Assembly: GCF_006345805.1 (NCBI RefSeq)
Contig: NC_042999.1
Coordinates: 94,550,001 to 94,614,000 of the forward strand
From: Octopus sinensis
Lineage: Eukaryota
DNA length: 64,000 bases
Direction of reading: 5' to 3'
The notes beneath the pieces are model-generated. The model saw only the letters and a list, made by a program, of their open reading frames with translations, searched no databases and had not been told where the DNA came from. The translations under genes were made by a program, and so were the position numbers. Of this stretch, positions 12,459-27,290 are shown one piece after another. Position 1 is the stretch's first letter. Every line of letters begins with the position of its first letter.

Positions 12459-13006
12459 TTGGGTTTTCCGGAAAGTTCGTGCCGATTTATAGTAGCTTAC
12501 CTTTCGACTTATTTTAGAACATGTATTTGATTACACTTCCATTTAGAGCACAATTTAAGCTTTCTTTTCGTGGAAGAAGATTTATGTTCCTATAACCTGT
12601 GTTAATTCTGTAACCCTTTAAAATGGAAGAAAAGAAAATTCATTTTCGGCACTTGATGCTTTGGGAACCATACAAAAATTGCTGCAGCTCGGCTGGGATG
12701 TGTTACCCCAGCCTCCATATTCACCAGATATTGCTCCTTGGGATTTCCACTTATTCAGCTCTCTGCAGAATAATCTTAATGTCAAAATTTTCAATTCTTT
12801 GGATGACGTGAAAAGATACCTTGGTGAATTCTTTGCCATGAAACCACCTCAGTTCTGGGAACTGGGTATTTTCAAGTTAAAGGAAGGATGGAGACGCATT
12901 GTGCAACAAAATGGTTCGTATTTGGTTGATTAAAAATGTAATGGCAAGTATTTATTGACCTTTTTCTTTCCTTTAAAAATCAGCACGAACATTCCGGACA
13001 ACCCAA
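12459..13006 (+). mobile_element. Internally deleted mariner (Tc1/mariner, D34D type)
   Basis: TA|ttgggttttccggaaagttcgtgccgattt ... aaatcagcacgaacattccggacaacccaa|TA TIRs; N-terminal MEEKKIHFRHLMLW fused to C-terminal LGWDVLPQPPYSPDIAPWDFHLF. Confidence 0.9.
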
Positions 13007-13207
13007 TATATAAAATTTCTAAGAATTTATAAATACATACATATACACGAAAATTTATAATATCTGCACCACCGGATGCTCCTGAACCAGTTGCTGAGTG
13101 TCGCGCCCAAGAGGAAATGATGCTAGATGTGTCGAAACATTTGTAATTAATAATAAATTCTCGTATGTTCCATCTTCTGTCTTTCATTTGCTATATATAT
13201 ATATGTT

Positions 13208-13428
13208 TCTTTACTACCCACAAGGGGTTACATACAGAGGGGACAAACAAGGACAGACAAACGGATTAACTCTATTACATCGACCCCAGTGCCGAACTGG
13301 TACTTAATTTATCGACCCCGAAAGGATGAATGGCAAAGTCAACCTCAGCGGAATTTGAACTCAGAATGTAACGGCAGACGAAATACGGCTACGCATTTCG
13401 CCTGGCGTGCTAACGTTTCTGCCAGCTA
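13208..13428 (-). mobile_element. OR-like tRNA SINE, full length
   Basis: Minus strand agctggcagaaacgttagcacgccaggcgaaatgc...ttctgagttcaaattcc...cggggtcgataaattaagtaccag. Confidence 0.8.
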
Positions 13429-15647
13429 TGTGAATATATATATATTCACATAGATGCATACACACATGCACTCCCCCCATGCACACACATATATATATAT
13501 TATATATATATATATATATATAATTTTAGACTTATTAAAAAAAATGTATACAATTTGCCTACACGTGTGACATGCCAATTCACGTGTATTTTTGTCGTCC
13601 GTTGACTTGCTAAGAATACCAGTCATTTTGTCTATTTTATTACCTGAGGTAACAATTTGGGAAAGGAAAGAACATATTAGATTAAGCAGTACTACATACT
13701 CCTTAAAGGATTCTGTAGTACTGTTTTATTATCCTTTCCGACATATAGTTGCTCAATCAGGTGAGACGTATAACTAAGAAAGAGCCGTTACTGAACGGCA
13801 ACTCGCTTCAATAATACAAGAATTATTATGGATATTTGGGTTATGGTTCGTATACAAATTGTAACACATGCATTCATGTGTAATAATCGTATGTTTCAAT
13901 TCTCCATTTCGTTTCATAATTAACAAAATGAACAGGTGGCTTTATGATTTCCATTATTTCATTGCTTAGAAATCGATCGGAAATTAAGCAATTTCTTAGG
14001 GAGTTCTCCGATATAATATGCGCGTAAATAGTAAGATCTTTTCAAATATAGATCCTCGGAGATAACTACATGCATGGAACAAATATGCATGTACAGTGTA
14101 ATATATGTATGTGTGTGTGCATATGTGCGTGTGTGTGTGTATGTGTGTACCTGCGTGTCTGCGTATGCTTGTGTATATATACATATGTGGGGTGTATCGA
14201 TATATTATACGTACGAGTGTGTACGTGAGCAAGTGTGCACACCCACACACCCTATATATTATTTAAATATAGTTTTATCGAGATCACCGTAATTTCCCTT
14301 TGCTCTATATGTGACATTCTGTTAAGGTTAGGTTTTAAAGGAGAAAACTGTCAACGTATATAATAGACCAGAACTGACAAAATGGTTCCAGATCGCTACT
14401 ACTCAAATATTAAGGAAGCGATTTTACGTGTAAAATTGGATGTCATATGCAAGATAAAGACTTACTTTCCGCGTAATTATATTGCAATTTAATTCTTTCA
14501 ACATTTCACTCAGCCAAAGTTATCAAATTAGCTAGAGTTAGAGGGGATTGAGTCAATAATTTTCTATTAGTTGTACCTGGTATCTCAGGCATAATACTGT
14601 CAATAAATATCGGCCACGCAAATATTTGAATTTCGAATTGTTGAAAGGAACTCTCACATTCTAATGATGAGATTTTTTACCAATTCTCCGATTATCTAAT
14701 TAATATATCTGCAAAATTTAGTTACCTGAGTATGTTTGCGTGTTTTCGATATTTAAAAAAACTCCAATCTGTATCGATATTATCTGCTTTCTTTTTCTTC
14801 TGCATTAATAATACTGAAGTCTGTCAAACTTAGATACTAGAACGCATCTCAGAATTGCGTAGTTGTTTATTGTAGGCATTGACGGCACTGTAAATTTGGC
14901 ATGCTGAAATTCATGAGCGAATAAAACGCTGTTGTTTTGTAGAAGTGCTCTGTGTAAAAGAAAATTATCCAAAAGGAATGTTTTCGTTTTTTTTTTTGTG
15001 TTTGTGTGTGTTTGATGACATCGTTAAATATATTTTAAATTATACTGTCAAATACAAAGCAGTAACAATGATACCGTCTATCATTTTATATAGTAGTATA
15101 TGTAGATTATTGAAAGACATTATAGATGTTACTTGCTGATTAATTTTTATATTGTTACAAGTTATTTTTATATTGTATTTTTGAGAATATGTACAGTTTT
15201 AAATATAGCAAAGTGTTTCCAATCGTTTTAAACAGTGTAGTGTTTGGTGCAGAAATCTTGTGTTGGTATTGCTATATTTAACTGCGTAGCTTATATAAAA
15301 TACGAGCTTTTCATGAAGTATTTGTTGCACTACTTCAGAAAGCTTAAAGCATCTAATTTATTCAAGGCAGACAGTAGATTGTTTATACTGGATATTTCCA
15401 ATCTATTTATCTCCATAAATGTCGGGTCACCATCGGAAGACAATAAAATACTGAAATAAATTCCTAAATACATGAAGGAAAACTGACAACTTTACTTGCA
15501 CTACACGCTGTAAACCCACTGTCCATCATTTCAAATTATATTCCATTTTATGCTAACAAAACGAAATGTAAAACATCATTAAAAAAAACTGATGTGTTTC
15601 TTCTGATAAAGGACTTGCTATAATTATAATTGTTGCTACTTTTCCAG

Positions 15648-15674
15648 GTCAACAAGTGATAAATAGCGATAAAG
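15648..15674 (+). other. Candidate 27-nt symmetric phase 1-1 microexon (GQQVINSDK)
   Basis: tgttgctacttttccag|G...AAG|gtaagc; only the phase-1 frame is open. No transcript evidence. Confidence 0.3.
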
Positions 15675-18600
15675 GTAAGCCAAACTATGATAAACAAATA
15701 TTCTTTTTGAAACAATCTTATCTTTTTTTTTTAGACAGTGTTTCTTTATTGATATAATAGCATTGTGAGATTAGATTCGGAGACTAATTAGTTGCTATAT
15801 CTAGTTCATCATGTGACCATGTATATGCTGACTCATTGGTTCAAAGGAGATTTAAATAGGTACCGCATTGTATAAGATATAATACGTTGTTTTAGCCAGT
15901 ATCTGTACTTTATATTTGACGAGATGATATCATTACTACAGCAAAATAAGTTTCATTTAATAAGCAAGCTTCCTATTAATTATTTCCCCTCTATTTAACT
16001 AGGGACTAGAGGATTATTAATGGATGAATTTTAACTTTGTAAGTTTGGAAGAGATTTTTTCTATCTTAGTATTTGCGAACAAAGTATATTTCATTTCTTC
16101 AAAACGAAATTTAAAAAAAGCACATCGTGATTTCACTCATTACCGATAACAAATCTATAAAACCTGTTCAAATTAACTATCTTGTGTGAACATCTCGCTG
16201 CTTTTCTTCACATGTGTTATATAGAGCAGCATAAATGCTTTGCTCTAAGTATTGCATACTGCTCTTTAGTCATGAGAAACTCTAAACCTCTCCAGCCCAT
16301 CATACATCTATCCGATGCACACTAGTTTTCCTAATTTCATATTAAACCTGGATACATATTAAACCTGGATTTTAGCATAAACATATCTTTACCAAATTTA
16401 AAAATTCAATTTGAGAGAATATTCATTTTCAATATGTGATTTAAATTTGCTCCAGCAATAAGCGTCTTCTACATTTTACAGTGAACTTTAAAATGTGTTC
16501 CCAAATGTGATTTTAGTCTGTCTCAACAACAAAAAATCACAATATATCTTCTTTGCTTGTATTAATAAAAACGCATTTTAAATTAATCAACCAGAGAAGT
16601 ATTTATACATATGTCTGGAACTGAGCAGTAAAATCAATTATTTTTTCTTTTAGTTTTAAATTGTACAAAATCGATGAAAGCTAATATATTTTGTTAAAGA
16701 GAATGCATTATTATATTATGACAAACATATTTTCTCGTAGACAAAATCGAAATAAATTTCTTCTATTTAGTTAAATATTTCAAGTAACTGAAAAATATAT
16801 TTTTTTTAAACGGAAGCCATTTTTCATTGTCTAGAAATGCGAGATTGATATCTTCTGTCTAGACTTCAAGAAACAGCACATTATGCTGCTTATCAATTCA
16901 TCTATGTGGTCTTTTATATCATATTATATCTTATGTAGAGAGGTCATAAATCGCACTTGGAAGAACTTATTTCAACCGTTCTTTCTATGCAGGATATTTT
17001 TAACTCATAAGGGTACCAAATTATCGTAAAAAGTACATAACCTAAACAACAACCTTCTAGATTCTGTTATAATTCAGGACTTATTACAACTTCCACAGAA
17101 TATGATTTTTATTTTATTTTGTCATATTCAAATATGAACTTATCACTCTAACTGAATGTAGAACTAAATCTAAATAGCATCTTAGGGAAAATATAATTCA
17201 TAATTGTACCGTCTATAAATCTTTTCTTGTCTGCTTTGCATAGTCATTAACAACGAAGTTTATGCACAGGAAATTCTTTCAATGCTGTTTCTACAAATTT
17301 GTTTACGCTTTCATATTCATTCTAATGATATTTAATCCTTCCAATGTGACCATTGAGTCAAAAGAAGACATATTAATTAATATCCATAAAATTTAACAGC
17401 TACAGACGTTTCAAACTGAATGATCAAGCACAGCTTTCACTTGGATTATTCAAGAGAAGGTTTGCAAGCCTTGTTGACTGGTTTGTTATAAAAGTTTGAC
17501 AGAAATTTGTAAAAAATTACTTAATATCGGGGTCTATAATATAAAGTTTACTTAAACGTGAAAATATTTTCTGACTACCATATGTAACAGCGCTCATCAT
17601 CATTTTCGCGTTCCTAAAATATCGTGTTGTCTTAATAAACAAGGCTTCAAATCATTAGTCCCTTATCATATGTCAATATTCATTGATATAAATACATTAA
17701 GGTTAAAACTTTCAGAAGTCAAAATTTGAAAATTTCAAAACTTAGTTTAACAAGGCTGTTGATGTTATGTGCAGATGCTCCTATATTGAGATTTCATAGG
17801 ATATCTTGTATTGTATAACAAAGGAGGACTCCAATAGTTCCATTTTATCATCTCAGATTGCTGAAATATTAAATATTCAGAAAGTTAACAACACATGTAT
17901 AAATTAAAAGTTTGCATATTCTTTAAATTTAGAAAAGTTGAGATAACAGTGTAAATACGTCATGCATCTACATAAAATGCCTTTGACTATAAAAAGAGAA
18001 TTTGCATACTTACATGACATACTTACATGAAATTCTTACATGACGACCACAGGTGATGTCTGCCAGAAGCGAATAAAACAGACAAAAAGGATGAAAGATC
18101 TAACGAGAAAATTTTATTCCAGTAGTTTATTTATTGACCTTGAAAGGATGAGAGGCGAAATTATTTTCAGTGGGATTTGAAATGAGTTATGACGGCAGAC
18201 TGATTACCGCGAAGCGGTGCACTTGATACAGCAATAATTCTATCCGCTGGCCTTCATCGGCATCTTATTAGAAACATCAAACGATTCATAGAAAATTAAA
18301 ATTTAGAATATTTTACTACATACAGTGTTGGAAGATTTTGATTTGAAATAAACAGTAAGTTAATCCCACTACCCATAATTCTACGGCTAATTTTTTTGTG
18401 GATTGTGCGTAAAGCTGCACAATTTGCAATTTCTAAATTTTACATAACAGATAGTAATCTCTTACTATTTGTTTGTCATTGGTCTATTGTATGCGGAAGA
18501 AAAGCTTATTGCACAAATCATTCTTTGGGTCGGTTTATTCTCAAATATATATGAACTATAATATACGAACCTCTCTTTTAGTAGATAATTTAGAATATCC

Positions 18601-20039
18601 ATACTATGATTGAGAATTTACCAGTGAAATGCCGTTTCCTTTAATAACCTCCACACTGGTGGAATACAGTCACCATGTCTTATCTCTTATAGGAATGTAG
18701 TGATGAGGCAAGGTTAAGACAATTCTAAGAATGTTATGCTATACATAACAGTAAATGTTATTTCAATAGCAAAAGTATAAATAGCAAGAGGGGAAAATAT
18801 ATTTATTGAGGAAAAGCATAAGACAAAACATGTGAGTGCAAGATAGCATTCTATTCTAGTTCCAAGATAATTCTTTACTTTGAATAACGAAATCCTGCTT
18901 TAGTAAAGAAATTAGTTAAAAACAATTAGATGAATGCTTCTTTTATCATTTGAGGAATTTGGTTGTAGGTCATAGTTAATGAGTAAGTAGGATGAAAGTG
19001 ATGGCTTCAATATGTTAGACACATGGAAATTGAAGAGTGATGTATTGTTGCTAAGCAGATGGAAGCAATGAAACAAGAAACTAAAAAACTAGTTGGAAAA
19101 CACAGCAATTTGGATTACGGACACACACGCATAACTAAAAAGATGTATTGTCAGTAAATAGGGACTTGTGTTCTAGAAGGTATGGATTGTGGAGAGAGGA
19201 ACTGTACTGAGAAAAGATGCTTAACAATGAGTTAATTATATTCTCTTGACTATTACATTCATTAGACTGCAGCAATCTAGAAACAAGCATAAATACCCTG
19301 AGTAAAAGGAGCAAATCATTCCAAACATACGCCACACACATACAAATCTTTGCACGCAATAACTGTTTATCTTTAGGCCTGTGGTTGTCCTGGTTACTTA
19401 GCTGCTAATCTTCCGTTCTGTCTCATTAGTACAATTGATACAGATATCTATATTTTCGTATCAACTTACACAAATATGTATCTAAGTAACTACTATAAGT
19501 ATATCAGGTACACATGCGAATGTGTTTGTACTTGTACGTTTATATATGTATTAAATGCAAGCAAATAATGTGTATTTATATAACAATCTATTTTCGGTTC
19601 TTGGCTCTGTATAACAATGTTTGTATGAGAAACCTTGATATGTATGATTGGACGTGTGTGTGTGTATGCGTGTGAGTGTGTGTGTATGTGTGTGTCTGAC
19701 ATGAAATAATACATACGTACACTACTTGTGTCACGTATGTCAATAGGCATTTATTGTAAAGATATGAATATCTAGAATTCCTAGATATGTATTTATGTTG
19801 CATGTTTATGTATAAATGTTGAATGTATTCATCACAATCTAATCAATATAAATCATCAATAGGATTTTCAATGAAATTTAGATTTATATCTAAGAATTGC
19901 TCTCAACAATTGTTTCATATTCTCCACGTATTTTCTTTTCTACATGTATGTACGCATGTATGTCCATGTGCGTGTGTGTATTTACATTATTTATACAGTT
20001 GTCTCCATGCTTATTTCTATATTGATTCATTTTCGTGTA

Positions 20040-20245
20040 AATAAAATGTGACTGCGTGTGTTTCGTTGCTGATGTTCTTTCTCCGTCTTCCCTTCCTTGG
20101 ACCTTTCCTTATTCTGACGAAGAGCTCCGCTCGAAACGTTAAATCCTTCTACTTTCTTTCCTTTCCTGAGCGTCCAATAACACTATACTTGTTCCACGTC
20201 CTCGTGTTGTTGTGTTTTCTCTTTCTTCATGCTTGGCTTAACTAT
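20040..20245 (+). mobile_element. Short PLE-type 3' end with hammerhead motif, ending in (TA)n/(GATA)n
   Basis: Hammerhead core, cctgagcgtc and T-rich tail to aactatatatatag; paralogous to 1040-1310. Confidence 0.55.
20111..20144 (+). ncRNA. Minimal type I hammerhead motif, intact core, weak stem I
   Basis: ATT-CTGACGA(20114-20)-A-GAGC(TCC)GCTC-GAAA-CG-TT-AAAT; stem III ACGT palindrome; stem I only 2-3 bp. Confidence 0.6.
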
Positions 20246-20249
20246 ATAT

Positions 20250-20285
20250 ATATAGATAGATATAGATAGATAGATAGATAGATAG

Positions 20286-20350
<65 letters not shown>

Positions 20351-20389
20351 CACAGATGGATAGACAGATAGACAAATAGGTAAGTAGAT

Positions 20390-20483
<94 letters not shown>

Positions 20484-20490
20484 TCAGATA
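20250..20490. repeat. (GATA)n microsatellite
   Basis: Direct reading. Confidence 0.95.
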
Positions 20491-20712
20491 TATATAAAAT
20501 ACATTACAATGTGGCCGATTGTAAGAGTTCAGAGTGTTGGATATGTTTTGCGCGATTCGTTTTAACACTGCGTTCTATATTCCACATCGCGCCGGAGTCG
20601 ATAAAGTACAGTTCCCGCATTGGAGTAATTTCTCATTTTCTCTCTCTCTCTCTCTCCTCCCCCTATCTCTCTTTCTTTCTTTCTCTCGCTCTTTCTTACT
20701 CACTCACTCTCT

Positions 20713-20748
<36 letters not shown>

Positions 20749-21486
20749 ATTCGTTTGTCTTGCTTTATTCTGCTAGATAACGTTTTCAGTCATAGCTGGA
20801 GTATGAGGGAATCTCAAGTCACAACATATTTCACGAAGGTATCCGTACTATTCCATTATAAAGTTGACGAGCCAACGTAATACAAGGGAATATATATTAT
20901 CGTTAAAGAGCTTTTTACTTAGCTAAATACCATAAATGTATGTATTTCGTATAATGCGCAGTTCTAGTTTCCAACAATATATACTGTGCTATGTAAAGGA
21001 ATATTTTCAAAGCACAGTTATAGAATTTAAAAATATGCCACGAAGAATAACTGGCAGGACCGTAAAATCAGAACAAAACGAAGTAATTCCCTCTCGTAAC
21101 GAAGGAAAGTCGTTAATGTATGCTCAACTCTGAAAAGGATTTTAAATGTAAGCTTACATTCTTTTACTTATATTTTGTTACAAAATACATTGAGCTATTT
21201 GATTTTATAATTATGTGTTTGTGGGATTTCAGTGTCATTATGCTATGAATGAAATCTACAAAATGCAAGATCCCTAGATAACACCCGTTCCGCCATAATA
21301 CAATCAACGTAATAAATCTACTTGATGTACTGCATTTAAAAATCAGGAATGAAGAGGTCAATTGCATCTACCACTTTAATAAACTTTAATATTTGTCATT
21401 TAATAAAGATTATGAATACACATCTATGTGTGATCAAATGCAGAAATATATAGATACATATGTGTGTGTTTTTGCGCCCTTGCGTT

Positions 21487-21538
<52 letters not shown>

Positions 21539-21570
21539 TATATGTACATACATATATATATACATACATA

Positions 21571-21604
<34 letters not shown>

Positions 21605-21617
21605 GCATATATATATA

Positions 21618-21648
<31 letters not shown>

Positions 21649-23049
21649 CATATATAGATATATATACCGGTGTGTGTGATTGTGTATAGAAGAATATATT
21701 AATAAAAGGAATTCCAACCTTGTATGATTTTCACGTTTTATTTACAATCTTATAATGATATAAGATAATATAATATAATAAAATAAAATAATAGAATGTT
21801 AAATGTTCATTGTGATTGAACTAGTACTTTCATGCATTAAAGTCTGCAATCTTCAGGTTCATGAAGTAGTGGTGACAGTCATGCTTCACAATTTTTGACT
21901 GTAGCGAGATGATTGAATCTGTGCCTTAAATACAGCTGTGTGGACTCCAGATTGCTAGGTTTTGCAAACTGTATTCTGACCTATCAATGTGTAGTATCAC
22001 TCAATTACTTAAGCTGATTGGTTGGTTGGTTGGTTGAGCTGATTGGTTTAGGCGTCACGATTTGTTGGACATGTCAAGAGTCCTGTATCTTAACCCTGGC
22101 CGAGGCAGCAATTGTTGGGCTATTTTTAGAAATGTTGTAAATAGCCTTTGTCAGAGATTTTTATATTTTTATATTTCAATTGTCATCATCATCATTGTCA
22201 GCACCTTAATTATTGTTGCTAGTGGTGACTTAGATAGCAGGAAAATTATCATATTTAGGGTTAAAAGTTCTATTGCCACCACCATTATGTGGGCTTCAGT
22301 GGAGTTGTAATTGAATTGTAGGAGAGGTTTTGGTTAAAAGATGTTTGAGAAGAATTTAGTTCATTAAAGTTCGAGTTGTGTTACTGTTTATAATTTATTC
22401 AACATGAAGAAATTTGTATTAAGTTGTGTATATTTAGATGCGTTTTTGAGTGCTTCACGAACAAGATGTTGGTAGGAACAAGAAGTTATTTGACCAGTGC
22501 ATGAGCCAGGAGTGTTTGATTATCTTTGTTTGAAAATTAATCCTTTCAGTTGACGCTGTAATGGCCAAATTGTCAAAGTTTAGTCAAAAACTTCAAATAT
22601 ATTAGTAGTTTCTCTCAACATTCTTGCAATGAAATTTTTTAAGGGTTCAGAAAAATGGCTTCCAATGACACATATAAATAATAATGATAATATATTATTA
22701 GATATTCACCTATGACACGAAACTGAAGAAATGATTATAAACACATAACCCAGCGGTTCTTCAATGTCATAGAAAAGTGAATTTAGGAAGAATGGCCTTG
22801 CAGGTCAACCAGAGGATTGGAAGAGCTTTGAATAAAATGAAGGAGAGCATGTTTTAGATTAAAAAACAACTTTGTTTATCTTAATTTTGAAAAATAGAAG
22901 TAATAAAAACCGCATTATTTATGGGATAACCAAATATATATATATAGCATTGTTTGTGTTCAAACACCCACAGTCGTATTTAATGACAAATATAAATTTC
23001 CCGTTTGGTAAAACATTGCTAAATCATTGCCTACAGTAATTATCATTAT

Positions 23050-23172
<123 letters not shown>

Positions 23173-23289
23173 GAATGCAATAGTTGATTTGTTGTCATGC
23201 TACATTTTTTTAATTTTGTGCATGTGCATTATTTGGTTTCGATTTTATCGAGTACACAGTATAGTAGGTTTTGTTGGGCACCGTCTGTG

Positions 23290-23530
23290 AGAAAACCGGT
23301 ACCAAGGCATGCTGTACAACATGCCAGATGATCCAATACGAACATTTCAGAGTGTGTGGGTGTCAATCTGAGCACAGTGCAGGACATATGCCGAGAGTGA
23401 TAAAAATCAAACATCCAGTCAATATCATGGTGGTTGTAGTGATCACTAGTGATGGTGAAGTTATGCCTCTATTCATCTTCCCACATGGAGGTCTACATCA
23501 AGTGCCTGCAGAAGGTTGTACTACCCTGTA
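23290..23530 (+). pseudogene. Internally deleted Tc1/mariner-superfamily (DD37D/maT-like) transposase fragment
   Basis: SNTNISECVGVNLSTVQ-like N-terminus joined to IKHPVNIMVVVVITSDGEVMPLFIFPHG and YIKCLQKVVLP-like catalytic-domain segments. Confidence 0.65.
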
Positions 23531-23650
23531 CTATTTCAAGATATTTTTCTGCAACTTTGTAAATGCATCTGTTAAAATGAGATGTAAGCGTTAATGAAAA
23601 CAACACTTATTTATGTATAATTTAGACGACAGTTTATTCAACGCACTCTG

Positions 23651-23746
<96 letters not shown>

Positions 23747-23869
23747 GTATCTTGATACTGTGTCCATTAAATTATATAGATATATGCGTTTTGTGTGTGT
23801 GTGTGTCTGTAAATGGAAAACGGATAGTCAGCATATAAACATACACATATACATACATGCATACATACA

Positions 23870-23923
<54 letters not shown>

Positions 23924-26900
23924 GTATATGTGGATCTGCAGGGTTTTATAAAATATTTTGTGAGTCTGACAATTACTAGGAGACACACGGAAGAAACTAT
24001 TAGTAGATCGTATCTTGATACTGTGTTCATTAAATGATATAGATATATGCGTGTTTATGTGTGTGTGTGTGTGTAAATGGAAAAGAGATAAATAGATAGA
24101 ATAAATGAATCAAGATACATGTATGTATTTATATGTATGTATATGTTTGTATATATATGAACTTATACACTGACAAACACACATTGATTCAATCACACAG
24201 TTATTTGCTGATTTTCAACTGATATGTATAACATTAAAATCATACTCGTTCATCTTTGTGCACACAGACGTCTGTAAATCATTCTTAAAGCTATATAAAT
24301 GCTACACAGAAAGCGTCGAGTATGTTAATTAGTTTTCTGAACTGCACTTGAAATTGTATCTCCGACTATATCTAAACAACAATAACTGACAAGAAGCAAA
24401 TATTGCCTACTCTGTTTTATTGAAACGTTTTTATTTTTTAATAAATTTAAAAAACATTAAACGTTAATTACAGTTAACAATAATGCATGTAATATTGCCA
24501 AAAATAAGCTCAAATTCACAACGTGAGATAAATGAAATTATTTTATGATACTTTACTGCCACCTGAGTCCTTGTATTACTATACTTCATAAATTCTAATC
24601 TGATGTTCAATGGAACTATAACTACCGCGTCTTGAAATTCAAACGAAACAACAGCGTCAAATGAATCTAATGAAGGCCTAAATTAACGAAAATTCAATTA
24701 AAATATTCATAAAATTATTCTAATTACACTCATGGATATTATCTTGAAGTCAAACAAAATTTTCTTTCCCAATTCATATTTTATGACTGGTGTGTACCCA
24801 TTCCAAGGCAGATGATAATTACCTTTACTGGAATTGATATGAACACATCTTTACAAAATGTTACATCTTCACAAAATATGTTACATCATTACAAAATATA
24901 ATAATGTAAAAAATGTGGTGTGCAGTCTGTAGGAATTGAATTGGTTTCAGTTGATTTTGCTTGGTTTTCTAACAGTATCCATGAATTTATCAAAATTATA
25001 TATATATATAATGTGCAATGTCATTTACAAGCTTTACGGTAATACTTAATTGTGTACTTCATCTATCTTTATAGCTATCATATTACTATTATCATGTATT
25101 CCTTTTTATTATAGCGCAAGGCCTGAAATTTGTTGGGAGGAGTCTAATCGCTTATATCGACCCCCGTGCTTTATTGGTACTTATTTTGTCGACCCAGAAT
25201 ATTGATAAGCAATGTCAACCTTTCCGAAATTTGATCTCAGAATGTATATTAGGCGTCATTTTTACTTGTAACCGTAAACTCCTACATTTGCAAGTATGTT
25301 TCTTTCTTTTAAAAACTACATATAAATCTAAGCTATAATGTAATAGAAAGAGTTTACCTCGCGGTGGTATCTATTATTAATGAAAATAAAATTTCCGCGG
25401 TTGATAAGGTTTTCATTGTATTCGAGTACAGCAATGTTAGAGATTTGATTTTGTTGAATCTAAAAAATATTACTGTATAGGTTTAGGCTATACTGTATAC
25501 TATTTAGAGCCAAAGATATACCTCGCCTCACACTTCTTAGAAAAGCTAGAATGATATTTTATTAACTTTAATAAGGTAAAATGACAAGAGAAATAATTTA
25601 CAGAGAGATATGGAAGTTTTCTTTTGTGATCTGTGCGAGTTTATACGATTGCTATAGTTACATACTTTAATACCAATATCTTCAAATGAGTTTAACATCA
25701 AAGGATTTCTTTATCGCTATCATCCAGTTCTATTAGTAATAATAATTGAATATTTCATACTACAAAAATTGTGACTAACACATAACCTTCAATCACCCAA
25801 TGTGTGCGATCAATACCAATTCAAAACTAAGTAAATGGGTTTTAATTTTTACGACTATAACGAGAGCTTCCAGTACTCGTATACACACCTGTTATGAAAC
25901 TAAGAGTTAAATAATATTACAAGTCATCTAAAAAAACAGTACCTCTTTTTGGTATAATATTTAGCTGATCAATGCCATGTATTCAGAGGATATAAACTGA
26001 AATTACTATTAAAACATTACAATTGCAGATACTCATTATAATTTATCCATCCCATGTATCACTTATCGGAACGTTAATACTTTTTTTTCAATTTTCCGTT
26101 CTGAAACTTACGAACGATTTAATTTCTTCCTTTCCCACTTATATCTATTTTCAACCTTCAAGTTATCCCGATGTTTGCAAATTTTATTATCTATTAACCT
26201 AAATATTATTGACATCATACAGATCTCGTGAGCAAGTGTGAAACAATTCCTAGATCATTATAAGAAAATCAACTAAGCATTTCTATTTCTTGAGGCAGAA
26301 ATGACTGCTGATACTATTGAAAGACAAAACAAACGAAATAGTCAATTTTAACTATTTCATGTTCTAGAAAACCGAAAATAGTCAGATTGGCCGTTTATAG
26401 TATCCCATAATATTTGCGCGCGCGTGTGCTCGTGTGTGTGTGTGGGTGTATGTGTATGTGTGTGTGCGTTCGTGTGTATGTGTGCGTGCGCGTGTGTAAT
26501 TTTAAGGAAAAGTTTCGAATAAATAGTTGCTCTAACGAATTACGTTTGCGTGTTTCGGGAGAAAAGGTAAATATTATCTAGCACGCAGCCCGCCGAATTC
26601 AACTTTATATTTCATCACAATATGATCGGTAAAATGAAATGCCAATCAAGGAACTGGAGTCGACGTTATCAAATACCATCGTTTCTGAACTTTCTTATAA
26701 TTGCACTTAAACCAGGGACTATTATCTAGCGGGCAGGAGAACAAACAAGCAAAATGGTTCAAATGTTGGTAAGAATGTGATGCATAATTCGTGTTATTTT
26801 TACTCCATCTCAGTTCAAATAATGTTGAAAGAAAATTTTCTTGTCTACTCCCCTGGCTACAAATATATCTTGTGCAAATGGTGTCGTTAATTGTTATAAC

Positions 26901-27099
26901 GGCTCGCCCATACGCTCAGTTAAAAGCCGGGAGTTGATATTACCTAGCTCGCAATAAAACTGTTATTTATTAAAATGTGAAAACGTTCATAAGTATATAC
27001 AATACTCACATACACACGCACATTTGAATAAAATTCATTTATAAAACTTCTCTTGTCTCCCGACATACAAACAAATGCATACGAGCACACAGTTCTGTT

Positions 27100-27290
27100 G
27101 TGTATGTATATATATGTGTGCATGTACATGTGTGTGCATGTACATGTGTGTGTGCATGTACATGTGTGTATGCATGCATATGTGTGTGTGCATGTACATG
27201 TGTGTGTGCATGTACATGTGTGTGTGCATGTACATGTGTGTGTGTGCATGTACATGTGTGTGTGTGTGCATGTGTGTGTGTATATGAGCA
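27100..27290. repeat. ~18-20-bp minisatellite (catgtacatgtgtgtgtg)n
   Basis: About 8-9 units, each containing the palindrome catgtacatg. Confidence 0.85.

Noticed and set aside
15330-15450. Minus-strand terminal-exon-like ILLSSDGDPTFMEINRLEISSINNLLSALNKLDALSFLK*
   Set aside because: Good acceptor but no recognisable homology or upstream partner; cannot be supported without transcripts.
27100-27290. Regular short repeats resembling a CRISPR-like array
   Set aside because: No unique spacers; it is a TG-derived minisatellite in a eukaryotic context.
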